The position numbers were made by a program, and so were the translations under genes. Positions 27,380 to 36,117 of a DNA stretch of 49,482 nucleotides are shown here, piece by piece; position 1 is the stretch's first letter; every line of letters begins with the position of its first letter. Below the pieces are notes generated by a model. That model did no database searches. It was not told the origin of the DNA and worked only from the letters and a program-made list of their open reading frames with translations. Origin of the DNA: Candidatus Aminicenantes bacterium. GTDB lineage: Bacteria > Acidobacteriota > Aminicenantia > UBA2199. The stretch is taken from assembly GCA_027318645.1 (NCBI GenBank), contig DAHVOV010000221.1, positions 1-49,482 on the forward strand, given 5' to 3'.

Positions 27380-27747
27380 AGATCGCTTTTCCGATCGAGA
27401 TCGACCGCGGGATGGATTCCGAGCTGTACGGCCACTTCGGCAGCGCGCCGATCTTCGCCGTGGTGGACGCCGACAGCGGCTCCTTCGAGGCCGTGGACAA
27501 CGGCCAGCATGAGCACGCCCACGGCCAGTGCCAGCCGACGTCCGGCCTGAGCGAGCGGGGCGTACAGGCGGTCGTCTGCCAGGGGATGGGCATGCGCGCC
27601 GTGCAGAAGCTGAACGAGATCGGCATCTCCGTCTACCTGGCCGAGGGCCCGACCACGGTGGGCAAGGCGCTGCAGGAGTTCCAGGCCGGCCGTCTCCCCC
27701 TCTTCCAGCCCGGCGACGCCTGCCAGCACCATCATGGCTGCCATTGA
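27376..27747 (+). CDS. NifX/NifB-C-terminal-like (dinitrogenase FeMo-cofactor biosynthesis fold) protein
   Basis: MKIAFP...HFGSAPIFAVVD...VQAVVCQGMGMRAVQKL pattern. ATGA overlap with DUF134. Confidence 0.8.
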   Translation: MKIAFPIEIDRGMDSELYGHFGSAPIFAVVDADSGSFEAVDNGQHEHAHGQCQPTSGLSERGVQAVVCQGMGMRAVQKLNEIGISVYLAEGPTTVGKALQEFQAGRLPLFQPGDACQHHHGCH

Positions 27748-27748
27748 A

Positions 27749-27950
27749 GACGGCGTACGGTTGACGGCGTACGGTGTACGGGAGGCCAAAAAACCCTGGA
27801 GTAGTATGAAGCCCAGGCTCCAGGGAAGAGAGAGGGAAATGCAGAGGGAAAGACAGAGGGAAAACAGAGTGGGAAAGATGGGCGGACAGAGCTTTTCCCA
27901 CTCGCTCTTCCCTCATTCTTCCCTTTCTCTTCCCTCTGCCTTCCCTGGGC
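27749..27950. repeat. ACGGYGT heptad array + GGGAAGA-family long hairpin
   Basis: gacggcgtacggttgacggcgtacggtgtacgg shares 27 identical nt with 45906-45932. The hairpin arms are 27811-27877 and 27891-27950, with a perfect gcccagg/cctgggc base. Confidence 0.85.
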
Positions 27951-27960
27951 TCATTTTTTT
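27811..27960 (+). terminator. candidate intrinsic terminator/attenuator formed by the GGGAAGA hairpin plus a T7 run
   Basis: The long imperfect stem is closed by a 7-bp GC clamp and followed by tcaTTTTTTT (27954-27960). It lies 64 nt after the NifX-like stop and before the DUF5320 gene. Confidence 0.5.
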
Positions 27961-28005
27961 GCTGGCCGTTGCAGCGGCTGACGACCGGTGAATAAGGAGG
28001 TGAAC

Positions 28006-28365
28006 ATGCCGAGAGGAAACAGGATGGGGCCCGGCGGATCGGGCCCGATGACGAGGCGCGGGGCCGGGTATTGCGCCGGTTTCGCCGCGCCCGGCTGCGC
28101 GAATCCCGCCGAGGGCCGCGGATCCGGAATGGCCGGCGCCATGCTCCGCGGTGCCGCCGTGGGAGGACGCGGCTGGCGTACCATGTTCCGTGCGACCGGC
28201 CTGCCGAGATGGATGCGCGGCGGCGGATGGACGAAGGCGGACGGCTCCGCCGATCCGCAGCGGGAGGCGCAAGCCCTGAGTGACCGTGCCGGCTTCCTGC
28301 AACGCGAGCTGGACGCCGTGCGCGAGCGGCTCGCCGAGCTGCAGAAGGATCAGGACCGCAAATGA
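28006..28365 (+). CDS. DUF5320 family protein
   Basis: MPRGNRMGPGGSGPMTRRGAGYCAG N-terminus plus a C-terminal coiled coil. AAGGAGG lies 5 nt upstream of ATG 28006. Confidence 0.75.
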   Translation: MPRGNRMGPGGSGPMTRRGAGYCAGFAAPGCANPAEGRGSGMAGAMLRGAAVGGRGWRTMFRATGLPRWMRGGGWTKADGSADPQREAQALSDRAGFLQRELDAVRERLAELQKDQDRK

Positions 28366-28438
28366 CAGCTGCCCGGGCGGGGCGGGCGGCCGCCGCCGCC
28401 CCCCCTGGCGCCGTCCGGATCCTGAAAGGAGGAGCTTC

Positions 28439-28882
28439 ATGGCCAAGATCGGCATCATCATCTGTGCCCGCTACAAGGACTGCGGCGGGGGCAAGTGCTT
28501 TCGGGCGCTGCGCGAGCGGGCCGGTGCGTTCGCCGTTTATCCCCGCGATGAAGAAGTGGAGATCGTCGGCTTCTCGACCTGCGGCGGCTGCCCGGGCGGC
28601 AACGTGGAATATGTGCCGGCGGAGTTCAAGAAAAACGGCGCCACGGCCGTGCACCTGGCCACCGGCCTGGTGGTGGGCTATCCCCCCTGCCCCCACATCC
28701 GCCGCTTCAAGGCCTTCATCGAAACGGCCTATGACCTGCCGGTGATCGTCGGCACCCATCCCATCCCGCAGAAGTACATGGATGCCCATGCCAAGCTGCC
28801 CTTCTGGAAGGAGAACGGCATGGAGGAACTGGCCGGGGAGTTGATGAAAGAAGGCCCCGGCGTCAAGGCCGCCTACAACTGA
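28439..28882 (+). CDS. CGGC domain protein
   Basis: KIGIIICARYKDCGGGKCF...FSTCGGCPG pattern with AAAGGAGG upstream. The track ORF from 28280 is an N-terminal over-extension. Confidence 0.75.
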   Translation: MAKIGIIICARYKDCGGGKCFRALRERAGAFAVYPRDEEVEIVGFSTCGGCPGGNVEYVPAEFKKNGATAVHLATGLVVGYPPCPHIRRFKAFIETAYDLPVIVGTHPIPQKYMDAHAKLPFWKENGMEELAGELMKEGPGVKAAYN

Positions 28883-28937
28883 AGCGCCCGTTGCGCCGTG
28901 AAGCCCGGGCGAAGGGATCGGCCCAGGAGGACGGATC

Positions 28938-29204
28938 ATGCCGACGTACGAGTATGAATGCGAGAAATGCGGATTGAAGTTCGAGCGCATGCAGCCGATC
29001 AGCGCGGCGCCCTTGAGGCAATGTCCTCAGTGCCGTGGCCAAGTCCGGCGGCTGATCAGCGGCGGCGCCGGCTTCATCGTCAAGGGCGGCGGCCGGGAAG
29101 CCGCCGCGGCGCAGGGCGGCGACTGCTCGCTGCAGCGCACGGGCCGCACCTGCTGCGGCCGCAGCGAGCGCTGCGGCGAACCCGCCTGCGGCAAGGACGA
29201 CTGA
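28938..29204 (+). CDS. FmdB-family zinc-ribbon protein
   Basis: MPTYEYECEKCG...CPQCRG (CxxC...CxxC) start typical of the family, with a Cys-rich tail. Confidence 0.8.
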   Translation: MPTYEYECEKCGLKFERMQPISAAPLRQCPQCRGQVRRLISGGAGFIVKGGGREAAAAQGGDCSLQRTGRTCCGRSERCGEPACGKDD

Positions 29205-29274
29205 AGGAGCCGGCCGCCGTCGCCCCGAGAACCGCGTCGGTCATGGAAATGAATTGTCATTACAGGAGAGCGAC

Positions 29275-30210
29275 ATGAAACAGGAGAAGCCGATGACCAT
29301 GCCTCAGGGGGAGGGAGCGTCGACAGGCGCCTGCGACGCCTGCGGCAACAAGGAGTGCTCGGCCGCCAGCCGCCGCGGCGGGGAGACCGACCGGGAGTTC
29401 GCCGAGCGCCGCCGGCTCGAGTCGCGCCTGTGCCGCATCCGCCGCAAGATCGTGGTCCTCTCGGGCAAGGGCGGCGTCGGCAAGAGCACGGTGGCGGTGA
29501 ACATCGCCGCCGCATTGCACGCCGCCGGCCGGCGCGTCGGCCTGCTGGACGTCGACATCCATGGGCCGAGCGTCCCCACCATGCTGGGGCTGGAGGGCAT
29601 CACCCTGGGCAACGGGCCGGACGGGCTGCTGCCCGCTGACGCCGGCGGCATCGCCGTCATGTCGCTGGGCTTCCTGCTGCCCCATCCCGACGAGGCCGTC
29701 ATCTGGCGCGGCCCGCTGAAGATGGGGGCCATCAAGCAGTTCCTGATGGACGTGGCCTGGGGCGACTTGGACTGGCTGGTCATCGACTCGCCGCCGGGCA
29801 CCGGCGACGAGCCGCTCTCGGTCTGCCAGCTGATCCCCGGCATCACCGGGGCGGTGATCGTCACCACGCCGCAGAAGGTGGCGGCGGTCGACGTGCGCAA
29901 GTCGATCACCTTCTGCCGCCGGCTCGGCGTCCCCGTGCTGGGCGTGGTGGAGAACATGAGCGGCTTCGCCTGCCCCAAGTGCGGCGAGGTGTCGGCCATC
30001 TTCAGCCGCGGCGGCGGTCACGGCATCGCCGAGGGCATGAAGGTGCCCTTTCTGGGCGCCATCCCCATCGACCCGGCCATCGTCGCCTCGGGCGACGAGG
30101 GCCGGCCGTACGTCCGCGCCTTCGCCGCCTCGCCCACGGCGGCTGTCATGCGCGGCATCATCGCCTCGCTGCTGGCCCTCGAGGCGGGAACGGATGCGAA
30201 GAGAAAATAG
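29275..30210 (+). CDS. Mrp/NBP35-family Fe-S cluster carrier ATPase
   Basis: VLSGKGGVGKSTVAVNIA deviant Walker A, CPKCGE motif and a Cys-rich N-terminal extension. The start is uncertain (29254 is an alternative). Confidence 0.85.
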   Translation: MKQEKPMTMPQGEGASTGACDACGNKECSAASRRGGETDREFAERRRLESRLCRIRRKIVVLSGKGGVGKSTVAVNIAAALHAAGRRVGLLDVDIHGPSVPTMLGLEGITLGNGPDGLLPADAGGIAVMSLGFLLPHPDEAVIWRGPLKMGAIKQFLMDVAWGDLDWLVIDSPPGTGDEPLSVCQLIPGITGAVIVTTPQKVAAVDVRKSITFCRRLGVPVLGVVENMSGFACPKCGEVSAIFSRGGGHGIAEGMKVPFLGAIPIDPAIVASGDEGRPYVRAFAASPTAAVMRGIIASLLALEAGTDAKRK

Positions 30211-30244
30211 GCCGATGGCATTAAAGAAGACAGGCTCAATCTAT

Positions 30245-30511
30245 TTGTGTTCGTGTTAGCGTTGAAAAAGTAGTAACTCCGTGCCGGTGTCAGCAAGAAA
30301 CTCAACGAACATTAAAGTGATAGTGATAGTGGTTGTGGTAGTAGCAGCATTGCTAGTAACGATCGTGCTTCGTGATTCGTGATTCTAGAAAGTCCTGAAA
30401 CATAATGACCTCTGGTAACGAAGATCAGCACCAGACTAGAAATCTTCAGCAATCAAGCGAATTGGCTTTTGCTACGTCGAACCTCGAACGTCGAACGTCG
30501 AACCTTGAAGC
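30245..30511. repeat. mosaic of five different array modules in one orientation
   Basis: ttgtgttcgtgttagcgttg; gtgccggtgtcagcaag; agtgatagtgatagtggttgtggtagtagcagcat; cgtgcttcgtgattcgtgattc; and a solo copy of the cassette terminal repeat (30420-30511) ending cgaacctcgaacgtcgaacgtcgaaccttgaagc. Confidence 0.85.
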
Positions 30512-30571
30512 GCTTGTAGGGTTTCTTCTCGGCACAACGCCGAGTCCCCATCTTGAAATTTCACTCGCCTA

Positions 30572-30606
30572 TTGACAAACAATATTAGAATATCTTAATA
30601 TACTAA
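30572..30606 (+). promoter_or_regulatory. promoter candidate with an overlapping 9-4-9 inverted repeat (possible ArsR-type operator) upstream of tusA
   Basis: TTGACA (30572-30577)-18 nt-TAATAT. The inverted repeat TTAGAATAT-ctta-ATATACTAA (30585-30606) has one mismatch. Confidence 0.45.
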
Positions 30607-30640
30607 TGTTCTCGCGAATCCTCGATGAAGGAGCATGCCC

Positions 30641-30895
30641 ATGACACAAGATGAACTGAAGGAACTGAAGGCCGACAAGGTGGTCGACGCCCGCGGCATG
30701 GCCTGCCCGGGGCCGCTGCTGGAGGCCAAGAAGGCGGTCACCGGCGTGCCGGTGGGCGCCGTCATGGAGGTCCTGTCCTCGGACGAGGGGACCAACAACG
30801 ACATCCCCATGTGGGCGAAGAAGATGCAGTACGAGTTCCTGGGCGTGATCGAGGACGCCGGCTTCTGGCGCCTCTTCGTCCGCAAGGCGAAATAG
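30641..30895 (+). CDS. TusA/SirA-family sulfur-carrier protein
   Basis: DARGMACPGPLLEAKKA active-site Cys motif. AAGGAG lies 7 nt upstream of ATG 30641; ATG 30635 is too close to the RBS. Confidence 0.85.
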   Translation: MTQDELKELKADKVVDARGMACPGPLLEAKKAVTGVPVGAVMEVLSSDEGTNNDIPMWAKKMQYEFLGVIEDAGFWRLFVRKAK

Positions 30896-30932
30896 GGCAG
30901 GGGCGCGGCTCGCCCCGCCCCGGGTTCTCCGC

Positions 30933-31229
30933 ATGCCGGACCTCGACGAATCCAAGAAGCGCTGCGCCCGCGTGGCGGCGCTGCTGAAGAGCCTGGCCCA
31001 CCCGCAGCGCCTCTTCCTGCTCTGCCGGCTGGCCAAGGGCGAGACGACCGTCGGCGACCTGCGCGCCGCCAGCGGCGCCTCGCAGCCGCTCATCTCGCAG
31101 CACCTGACGCGCATGCGCCGCGAGGGGCTGGTGCTGGCCCGGCGCGAAGGCAACCACGTCCATTACCGCATCGCCGACCCGCGGCTGGCGGGCCTGATCC
31201 AGACCATGGAGAAAACGTTCAATGAGTGA
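30933..31229 (+). CDS. ArsR/SmtB-family transcriptional regulator
   Basis: LLKSLAHPQRLFLLCRLAKGETTVGDL...SQPLISQHLTRMRREGLV...HVHYRI. Confidence 0.85.
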   Translation: MPDLDESKKRCARVAALLKSLAHPQRLFLLCRLAKGETTVGDLRAASGASQPLISQHLTRMRREGLVLARREGNHVHYRIADPRLAGLIQTMEKTFNE

Positions 31230-31656
31230 GTTCAAGCCCCGGATCCTCGTGTTTTCCACCGACAACGTCTCCGACCCGGGCATCGACCTGGCCGGCCGCA
31301 ACAAGATGCACTACCCGGCCAGCGTGTTCGTGGTCAGCCTGCCCTGCTCCAGCGGCGTCAAGCCGCGCTGGATCGTCCGCGCCATCGACCGCGGCTTCGA
31401 TGGGGTGTTCATCGCCGCCGACGGCAGCGACTGCTCCCTGGTCCCCGACTGCACCAAGCGCACGGCGGCCACGGTCGCCGCGGCGCAGGCGCTGCTGAAG
31501 GAGCGGGCGCTGGAGCCGGCGCGGGTCAAGATGGCCGCCGTCTGCTCGGTGTGCGCCGAGTCGTTCCAGAAGCACATGACGGCCTTCAGCGAGGCGCTGC
31601 GCAAGCTGGGTTCCCCCCGGCGGGAGCCTGCCGGGCCTGAGGCGGGGAGGGGCTGA
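31222..31656 (+). CDS. MvhD/FlpD-like iron-sulfur subunit (methyl-viologen-reducing hydrogenase delta family)
   Basis: ILVFSTDN...VSLPCSSGVKPRWIVRAIDRGFDGVFIAADGSDC pattern. 8-nt overlap with the arsR-like gene. Confidence 0.8.
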   Translation: MSEFKPRILVFSTDNVSDPGIDLAGRNKMHYPASVFVVSLPCSSGVKPRWIVRAIDRGFDGVFIAADGSDCSLVPDCTKRTAATVAAAQALLKERALEPARVKMAAVCSVCAESFQKHMTAFSEALRKLGSPRREPAGPEAGRG

Positions 31657-31657
31657 G

Positions 31658-34366
31658 ATGGACTACGACGTCATGGTCGTCGGCGCCGGCATCGCCGGCA
31701 TGGAGGCCGCGGTCAGCCTCGGGGACATGGGCTACCGGGTGCTGCTGGTGGAGAAGGAGCCCAGCATCGGCGGCAAGATGATCCTGCTCAGCAAGGTCTT
31801 CCCCACGCTCGACTGCGCCTCCTGCATCTCCACCCCCAAGATGGCCCTCTCGGCCAGCCACGCCAACATCGACCTGCGCGTCTTCAGCGAGGTGCGCGAG
31901 GTGCGCCGCGACGGCGCCGGCGGCTTCCGCGTCCGCGTCGCCCGCAAGCCGGCGTTCGTCGACTTCGCCAAGTGCACCGGCTGCCAGGACTGCGAGAAGG
32001 CCTGCACGGTCACCGTCCCCGACGAGTACAACGAGAACCTCGTCTCGCGGCGCGTGGCGCACATCGCCTTCCCCCAGGCCGTGCCCAAGAAGGCGGTGCT
32101 CGACCGCGCCGGCACCTCGCCCTGCACCGCTGCCTGCCCGGCGGGCATCAAGGCCAACGGCTACATCTCGCTCATCCGCCAGGGCGAGTTCGCGCGGGCG
32201 TTCCAGCTGGTGCTGGACGATGCGCCCCTGGTCGGCACCCTGGGCCGGGCCTGCTACGCCCCCTGCCAGCGCGAGTGCACGCGCGAGGAGATCGGGGACG
32301 CCCCGCATATCCGCCATCTCAAGCGATTTGTCGCCGACTGGTACTACGAGCGCCACCCCGAGCCCGAGTACGGGCCACCGGAAAAGAAGCTGGACAAGCG
32401 CGTGGCCATCATCGGCTCGGGCCCGGCCGGCCTGAGCGCCGCCTATTTCCTGGCGCGCCGGGGCTACCCGGTCACCGTCTTCGAGGCCGGCCCCGAGCCG
32501 GGAGGCATGCTGCGCTCCAGCCTTCCCGACTACCGGTTGCCCAAGGATGTGGTCGACCGCGACATCCACAACGTGACGGCGCTGGGGGTCGAGGTCCGCG
32601 TCAACGCCCGCGTCGACTCCCTGGCCGGGCTCCGCGAGCAGCGCTTTGACGCGGTACTGGCGGCCATCGGCACGCCCAAGCCCAAGAAGCTGCTGGTCCC
32701 CGGCGAGGACCTCGCCGGCGTCGTCAGCGGCATCGAGTTCCTGGCCGAGGTGCTCTGCGGCCAGAAGCTCGACCTGGCGGGCAGGCGGGTGGCGGTCATC
32801 GGCGGCGGCAACGTGGCCATCGACGCGGCGCGCACGGCGCTGCGCCTGGGCGCGGCGAAGGTCGTGCTGCAGTACCGCCGCTCGCGCGCCGAGATGCCGG
32901 CCTCGCCTGAGGAGCTGGCCGCCGCCGAGGCGGAGGGGGTCGAGCTCGCGCTGCTGAGCAACCCCGTCGCCTTCGAGGGAGAGGCGGGCCGGCTGCAACG
33001 GGTGCGCAGCGTGCGCATGAAGCCGGCCGAGGCCGGGGCCGACGGCCGCCGGCGCACGGTCCCTGTTCCCGGCTCCGAGTCGGCCGCCGAGTTTGACCTG
33101 GCCGTCGTCGCCATCGGACTGAGCGCCGAGGCGGCGGCGCTGCGCCGCGAGCTGCCTCTCGCCCGCGACGGCTCCATCCAGGCCGACCCGCGCACGCTGC
33201 AGGCCGACCGGCCCTGGCTGTTCGCCGCCGGCGACGCCGTCACCGGGCCGGCGATGATCGTGCAAGCCATGGGCTTGGGCAAGCGGGCCGCGTTCTACAT
33301 GGACCGCTGGCTGCGCGGCGAGGCGCTCGACCGCGTCGAGTTCGAGCCCAGGCTGCCGGTCGTCGACAAGAAGGAGGTCCTGGCCAGGCAAACGGAATAC
33401 CCGGCCCGCTCGGTGACCAAGGGCGAACGCCACCCGCAGGAACGCATCAAGGACTTCGACGAGGTGGAGCTGCCGTTCCGTCCCGACGAGGCCGTGGCCA
33501 GCGCCGCCAACTGCCTCAACTGCGGCATCTGCAGCGAGTGCCAGGAGTGCAAGCGCGTCTGCCCGGCCGACGCCATCGACTTCGACCAGCGCGAGCGCGT
33601 CGACGAGTACGCGGTGCGCTCGGTGGTGGTGGCCACCGGCTTCCGCCTCTTCCCGGCCGAGCTCATGGAGACCTTCGGCTACGGCAAATACCCCAACGTC
33701 ATCACCGCCATGCAGATGGACCGCCTGGTGGCGCCGACCCGCCCCTACAACTACGTGCTGCGGCCCGGCGACGGCAAGGCGCCGGCCAACATCGCCTACG
33801 TCTTCTGCACCGGCTCGCGCGACCGCACCAAGAACAACCCCATCTGCTCGCGCGTCTGCTGCATGTACTCGCTCAAGCAGGCGCAGCTGCTGCTGGGGGC
33901 GCTGCCGGTGGCCGACATCACCATCTACAACATCGACATCCGCGCCTTCGGCAAGGGCTACGACGAGTTCTTCGAGCAGACCCGGGCCATGGGCGTGCGC
34001 TTCGTCAAGGGCAAGGTCGCCCGCGTCAGCGAGGCCGGCAACGGCAACCTGAAGGTGCGCTACGAGGACATCGACGCCGGCGGCACGGTCCAGGAGGCCG
34101 AGCACGACCTGGTGGTGCTGTCGGTGGGCATCGTGGCCCACGACGAGTGCCGCGGCCTGTTCGCCGACGCCGAGCTGCAGCTCGACGAGACGCTGTTCGT
34201 CGCCCAGCCCGGCAAGCAGGTCGACCCGGCGCGCACCTCCATCCCCGGCGTGTTCAGCGCCGGCACCGCCACCGGGCCGCTGGACATCCCCGACTCCATC
34301 CTGAGCGCCGGCGCGGCGGCGGCCCAGACGGCGGCGTACATCGAGCGCATGAAGAGGAAGCCCTGA
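31658..34366 (+). CDS. HdrA-like flavoprotein with an inserted GltD/NfnB-like NAD(P)H oxidoreductase module (HdrL-like)
   Basis: N-terminal VMVVGAGIAGMEAA and FPTLDCASCISTPKM (HdrA). The insert carries ACPAGI...YAPCQREC, IIGSGPAGLSAAYFLARRG and VIGGGNVAIDAAR (GltD-like). A ferredoxin CLNCGICSECQECKRVCP follows, then the HdrA C-terminal half (CSRVCCMYSLKQA). Confidence 0.8.
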   Translation: MDYDVMVVGAGIAGMEAAVSLGDMGYRVLLVEKEPSIGGKMILLSKVFPTLDCASCISTPKMALSASHANIDLRVFSEVREVRRDGAGGFRVRVARKPAFVDFAKCTGCQDCEKACTVTVPDEYNENLVSRRVAHIAFPQAVPKKAVLDRAGTSPCTAACPAGIKANGYISLIRQGEFARAFQLVLDDAPLVGTLGRACYAPCQRECTREEIGDAPHIRHLKRFVADWYYERHPEPEYGPPEKKLDKRVAIIGSGPAGLSAAYFLARRGYPVTVFEAGPEPGGMLRSSLPDYRLPKDVVDRDIHNVTALGVEVRVNARVDSLAGLREQRFDAVLAAIGTPKPKKLLVPGEDLAGVVSGIEFLAEVLCGQKLDLAGRRVAVIGGGNVAIDAARTALRLGAAKVVLQYRRSRAEMPASPEELAAAEAEGVELALLSNPVAFEGEAGRLQRVRSVRMKPAEAGADGRRRTVPVPGSESAAEFDLAVVAIGLSAEAAALRRELPLARDGSIQADPRTLQADRPWLFAAGDAVTGPAMIVQAMGLGKRAAFYMDRWLRGEALDRVEFEPRLPVVDKKEVLARQTEYPARSVTKGERHPQERIKDFDEVELPFRPDEAVASAANCLNCGICSECQECKRVCPADAIDFDQRERVDEYAVRSVVVATGFRLFPAELMETFGYGKYPNVITAMQMDRLVAPTRPYNYVLRPGDGKAPANIAYVFCTGSRDRTKNNPICSRVCCMYSLKQAQLLLGALPVADITIYNIDIRAFGKGYDEFFEQTRAMGVRFVKGKVARVSEAGNGNLKVRYEDIDAGGTVQEAEHDLVVLSVGIVAHDECRGLFADAELQLDETLFVAQPGKQVDPARTSIPGVFSAGTATGPLDIPDSILSAGAAAAQTAAYIERMKRKP

Positions 34367-36117
34367 TGGAAGAGAAGAAGAGAAAGATCGGCGTCTACAT
34401 CTGCCACTGCGGCGGCAACATCTCCGACCACGTCGACGTCGAGGAGGTGCGCCGGCGCATCGAGAAGGAGTACGGCGTCACCGTGGCCAAGACCTCGATG
34501 TTCACCTGCTCCGACGCCTCGCAGACCGAGATGATGAAGGACATCCAGGAGCAGGGGCTTGACGGCATGGTCGTCGCCTCCTGCTCGCCCAAGCTGCACC
34601 TGACCACCTTCCGCAACATGTCGACCCGCGCCGGGCTGAACCCGTTCCAGTACGTGCAGGTCAACATCCGCGAGCAGTGCTCCTGGGCCCACTCCGACGA
34701 CCACGAGGGCGCCACCTGCAAGGCGGCCAACCTGGTGGGCGCCGGCATCGAGAAGGCCCTGCGCCAGGAGGCGCTGCAGCCCATCCGTGTCACCTCGGTC
34801 AAGAAGGTGCTGGTCATCGGCGCCGGCATCGCCGGACTGCGCGCCGCCATCGAGCTGGCCGACCTCGGCGTCGAGGTCTTCGTCGTCGAGCGCGAGGCAA
34901 GCGGCGGCGGCCAGGTCGCGGCGCTGGGCGAGATGTTCCCGGCTGGCAAGGTCGGCTCCGAGCTGGCCGCCTCTCTGCTGGCGGAGGCGCGCCGGCGGCC
35001 GAACGTCACCCTGTTCCTCAACGCCGAACTGGCTGAGAAGAGCGGCCACATCGGCGAGTTCGAGCTGGCGATCCGCGTGCGCCCGCCCGGCGCCGCGGAG
35101 GAGACGGTGCGCATCCAGGTCGGGGCCATCCTGGTGGCCACCGGCTTCGCCGAGTACGAGCCCAAGCCGGGCGAGTACGCCTTCGGCCAGCCCGGGGTGG
35201 TCACCCTCTCGCAGTTCGAGAAGCTCCTGCAGGAGGGCGACGGCCGGCTGCTCCACCAGGGCCGGGAAGTCCGCACGGTCGCCTTCATCTACTGCGTCGG
35301 CAGCCGCCAGTGCGGCGAGGGCGAGGACCTCAACCGCTGGTGCTCGCGCTACTGCTGCAGCGCCGCCTGCCACCAGGCGGTCCTCGCCGCCCGGAAGTTC
35401 CCCGGCGTGCGCAGCTATCACTTCTACCGCGACATGCGCACCTACGGCAAGTTCGAGACGATCTACGAGGAGGCGGGCAAGGCGGGAGCGGTGTTCCTGC
35501 GCTTCCACGAGGAGCGGCCGCCGCGCGTCGAGCGGGACGGCGATTCCCTGCGCGTGGTCGTCCAGGACCTGCTGACCGGCGGCGACGAGGTGGCGGTGGC
35601 GGCCGACCTGGTGGTGCTGGTCACGGGCATGACGGCGCGGCCCAACGACGCCCTGACGCGGGTGCTGAAGCTGCCGCTGGGCGCCGACCGCTTCTACAAC
35701 GAGATCCACCCCAAGCTGCGGCCGGTGGAGACGGTCATTGACGGCGTCTACATCGCCGGCGCCTGCCAGGGGCCGAAGAACGCCGGCGAGAGCGTCGTCT
35801 CCTCGCTGTCGGCGGTGGCCAAGGCCGCGGCGCTGCTGATCAAGGGCTATGTCGACCTGCAGCCCTTCGTGGCCTATGTGCAGGCCGATACCTGCACCTG
35901 GTGCGGCAAGTGCCAGCCCGCCTGCCCCTACGGCGCCATCGAGAAGGTGGCTTACGGCGACAAGGAGGTGGCGCGGGTGGTCGACGTCCTGTGCAAGGGC
36001 TGCGGCGCCTGCCTGCCCCCCTGCCCGGTCGACGCCACCCAGCTCAAGGGATACACCGACGGCCAGGTCGAGGCCATGATCGACGTGCTGGCCCGGGAGG
36101 CCGAACATGAGCGATAA
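34366..36117 (+). CDS. HdrA-family heterodisulfide-reductase-like flavoprotein
   Basis: TGATG coupling. N-terminal IGVYICHCGGNIS domain, VLVIGAGIAGLRAA, CSRYCCSAACHQA and a C-terminal 2x[4Fe-4S] (CTWCGKCQPACP, CKGCGACLPPCP). Confidence 0.85.
   Translation: MEEKKRKIGVYICHCGGNISDHVDVEEVRRRIEKEYGVTVAKTSMFTCSDASQTEMMKDIQEQGLDGMVVASCSPKLHLTTFRNMSTRAGLNPFQYVQVNIREQCSWAHSDDHEGATCKAANLVGAGIEKALRQEALQPIRVTSVKKVLVIGAGIAGLRAAIELADLGVEVFVVEREASGGGQVAALGEMFPAGKVGSELAASLLAEARRRPNVTLFLNAELAEKSGHIGEFELAIRVRPPGAAEETVRIQVGAILVATGFAEYEPKPGEYAFGQPGVVTLSQFEKLLQEGDGRLLHQGREVRTVAFIYCVGSRQCGEGEDLNRWCSRYCCSAACHQAVLAARKFPGVRSYHFYRDMRTYGKFETIYEEAGKAGAVFLRFHEERPPRVERDGDSLRVVVQDLLTGGDEVAVAADLVVLVTGMTARPNDALTRVLKLPLGADRFYNEIHPKLRPVETVIDGVYIAGACQGPKNAGESVVSSLSAVAKAAALLIKGYVDLQPFVAYVQADTCTWCGKCQPACPYGAIEKVAYGDKEVARVVDVLCKGCGACLPPCPVDATQLKGYTDGQVEAMIDVLAREAEHER

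Noticed and set aside
28366-28438. GC-rich imperfect hairpin between the DUF5320 and CGGC genes as a terminator
   Set aside because: No T-run follows it, the stem is imperfect, and the genes look co-transcribed. I left it unannotated.
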